DNA of 38,721 nt from a virus (Duplodnaviria > Caudoviricetes): the IMG/VR virus record IMGVR_UViG_3300020045_009774, positions 1 through 38,721 of that record, one strand, 5' to 3'. The translations under genes were made by a program, and so were the position numbers. How positions within the stretch are numbered: the stretch's first letter is position 1; each line of letters starts with the position of its first letter. The notes beneath the pieces are model-generated. The model worked only from the letters and a program-made list of their open reading frames with translations. It searched no databases and was not told the DNA's origin. Of this stretch, positions 36,952-38,721 are shown piece by piece.

Positions 36952-37980
36952 ATGATTACCAAACAAGAGCTTCACACAGAAAAATACAGTATGTACAACT
37001 CGGACTGCATGGAGATATTGCCAAGCTTACCAGCCTCAAGTATTGATTTGAGCGTTTACTCGCCTCCGTTCGCTGGGTTGTATAATTACAGCTCTAGCGA
37101 GCGTGACTTTTCAAATTGCGAAAGTAAAGAGCAGTTTTTAGAACAGTATGATTTTTTGGTAGAGCAAATCGCACGGGTTACAAAAGCTGGTAGAATAACT
37201 GCTGTTCATTGCACGGATGTTTTTGACAACACCTGCCGACTATGGGATTTCCCACACGAGATTATTCAAATCCACATTAAGCATGGGTTTGAATATCGCA
37301 ACCGAATTACAATTTGGAAAGAGCCGCTAAAAGTCAGAATGCGTACAATGGTTCAATCTTTGATGCACAAGTTCATCGTAGAGGATTCTACCAAGTGCTT
37401 TACTGCTATGCCTGACTATATGTTGATTTTTACCAAGAAAGGCGAAAACGAAGTTCCCGTTACTCATGAGTTTGGGCTATTAAAATACTTCGGTGAAACA
37501 CCTGTTTTGCCTAACATTTTGCAAGCATACAACAATGCGAATGACAGTAAATTAACGGCTGACGAGTTATGGTCTGAATTGAATGATAAGTTTAGCAACT
37601 TTAAAGACCCTAAAGCCAACAAGTTGAGTCATTACATTTGGCAACGGTACGCTTCAAGTGTGTGGGATGACATTAGAATCGACAATGTTTTACCGTTCAG
37701 AGATTCAAAAGAGGATGACGACGAAAAGCACGTCCACCCTCTCCAGCTTGACGTTATCGACCGTATTATAGAATTGTACAGCAACCCTAACGAGGTTGTG
37801 CTAACGCCTTTTATGGGTGTTGGCAGCGAGGTTTACAGCCCCGTATCGTTAGGGCGTAAGGCTATCGGTATTGAGTTAAAAGATAGCTACTACAAACAGG
37901 CGGTGATAAATATTGGTATGGCAAAAAATCGTTTTAGCGATAAAAAACATATTCAAGAATCATTATTTGACTTGGATTAG
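36952..37980 (+). CDS. DNA methyltransferase, beta class (SPPF, probably N4C)
   Basis: SPPF ... H.HPLQLD ... PFMGVGS ... GIELK. Confidence 0.9.
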   Translation: MITKQELHTEKYSMYNSDCMEILPSLPASSIDLSVYSPPFAGLYNYSSSERDFSNCESKEQFLEQYDFLVEQIARVTKAGRITAVHCTDVFDNTCRLWDFPHEIIQIHIKHGFEYRNRITIWKEPLKVRMRTMVQSLMHKFIVEDSTKCFTAMPDYMLIFTKKGENEVPVTHEFGLLKYFGETPVLPNILQAYNNANDSKLTADELWSELNDKFSNFKDPKANKLSHYIWQRYASSVWDDIRIDNVLPFRDSKEDDDEKHVHPLQLDVIDRIIELYSNPNEVVLTPFMGVGSEVYSPVSLGRKAIGIELKDSYYKQAVINIGMAKNRFSDKKHIQESLFDLD

Positions 37981-37984
37981 TATT

Positions 37985-38188
37985 ATGCAAACCCGCAAAA
38001 ACTCATTATTTGAGTCAATTGTTAATGTTTTAATAGGTTATTTTGTGGCGTTATTGTCGCAAATAGCAGTGTTCCCCATGTTTGATATTGCTATTCCTAT
38101 AGGTGATAATTTAGCAATTGGTGCATGGTTTACTGCCATTAGCTTAACAAGGAGCTATGCTATTAGACGATGGCTTAACAAACGATAG
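37985..38188 (+). CDS. small membrane protein
   Basis: MQ.R..S..E...NV.IG...FT..S..RSY..RRW motif; two hydrophobic segments. Confidence 0.7.
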   Translation: MQTRKNSLFESIVNVLIGYFVALLSQIAVFPMFDIAIPIGDNLAIGAWFTAISLTRSYAIRRWLNKR

Positions 38189-38218
38189 AAAAAAGCCGCT
38201 TTTTATAGCGGCTTTTTT
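38189..38218 (+). terminator. intrinsic terminator closing the helicase-methylase cassette
   Basis: AAAAAAGCCGCT-ttttat-AGCGGCTTTTTT; TATAAT follows at 38238-38243. Confidence 0.85.
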
Positions 38219-38272
38219 ATTGGGTATCGGTTTGTAGTATAATTAAAATTACAACACCCAACAGGAACAACC

Positions 38273-38578
38273 ATGCCAAACTTTTTTATCATTGACCAAA
38301 TAAACCCCAACACAGGCGAATTTGACGAACACAAATTAGTCAAGGGCGCGAACCTTGACATGGTAGATGCGGCTTTAGTCTACCTATCGAACTACGAACC
38401 AGATTGGCAAGGCTTAGGCGCGATTAGTGAGGTAACGCCTCATGTGTTTGATTTGTGGCTTCATTATGGCAATCGCAAAGAGCCGTTCAGCAATTCGCGT
38501 TTTGCCGAAAAGTCGATTGATTTATCATCGGCAATGGTGGGTGATACTGCACCCGACGCAAGTAAATCGCGCCATTGA
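38273..38578 (+). CDS. C-terminal half of an InPase domain
   Basis: IIDQ.NP.TGEFDEHK...A...YL.NY...WQGLGAI.E.....F..WL; own -10 and AGGA RBS. Confidence 0.75.
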   Translation: MPNFFIIDQINPNTGEFDEHKLVKGANLDMVDAALVYLSNYEPDWQGLGAISEVTPHVFDLWLHYGNRKEPFSNSRFAEKSIDLSSAMVGDTAPDASKSRH

Positions 38579-38721
38579 ATAACGGCGCGTGGCAGAACAA
38601 TCATGGAGATTAACGTACCCGCTGGTTCTTCGGCTATATCGGCAAATGATTTTAGTCAGTTTGGGAGCAAAGGCGGTAAAGGTGAAAATGAAATAATATT
38701 GAACCGTGGTCAGAAATATAA
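38579..38721 (+). pseudogene. ADP-ribosyltransferase C-terminal remnant (partial)
   Basis: In frame after TGA 38576-38578: ITARGRTIMEINVPAGSSAI...GENEIILNRGQKY with the ExE motif. Confidence 0.6.

Noticed and set aside
35406-38272. Self-splicing intron or intein restoring the InPase domain
   Set aside because: No group I/II core or intein motifs seen; the insert has its own promoter and terminator and the downstream half has its own RBS and ATG (RT-PCR would settle it)
2510-38578. Stop-codon reassignment (alternative genetic code) to explain the in-frame stops
   Set aside because: All three stop types occur as interruptions, all three also end intact genes (including ATGA/TAATG couplings), long genes have no internal stops, and no suppressor anticodon is in the tRNA cluster

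Overview
The window is a ~39 kb stretch of a tailed dsDNA phage or prophage with a contractile (myovirus-type) tail. Order: tail-assembly chaperones, tape measure, baseplate and fibre genes (0.5-15.4 kb, +); small leftward early genes (15.5-17.9 kb); a Cro-like gene; a leftward, partly decayed tRNA/ncRNA cluster and two HNH genes (19.2-21.5 kb); a primase-helicase followed by an iteron-type origin; a recombination module; lysis genes; a DNA methylase; terminase and portal. No integrase, CI repressor, capsid, sheath or tube gene lies in the window. Three things stand out. (1) At least five copies of one 5' leader RNA architecture (sigma70 promoter, hairpin 1, terminator-like nested hairpin) have two exactly complementary loops, with a different sequence pair in each copy. 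(2) A portal-fused InPase domain is cut in two by a 2.9 kb helicase-methylase cassette; the C-half has its own promoter and RBS and runs into an ADP-ribosyltransferase remnant. (3) Nonsense and frameshift lesions are confined to accessory genes and tRNAs while all long core genes are intact. All family assignments come from motif recognition by eye; no database search was run.
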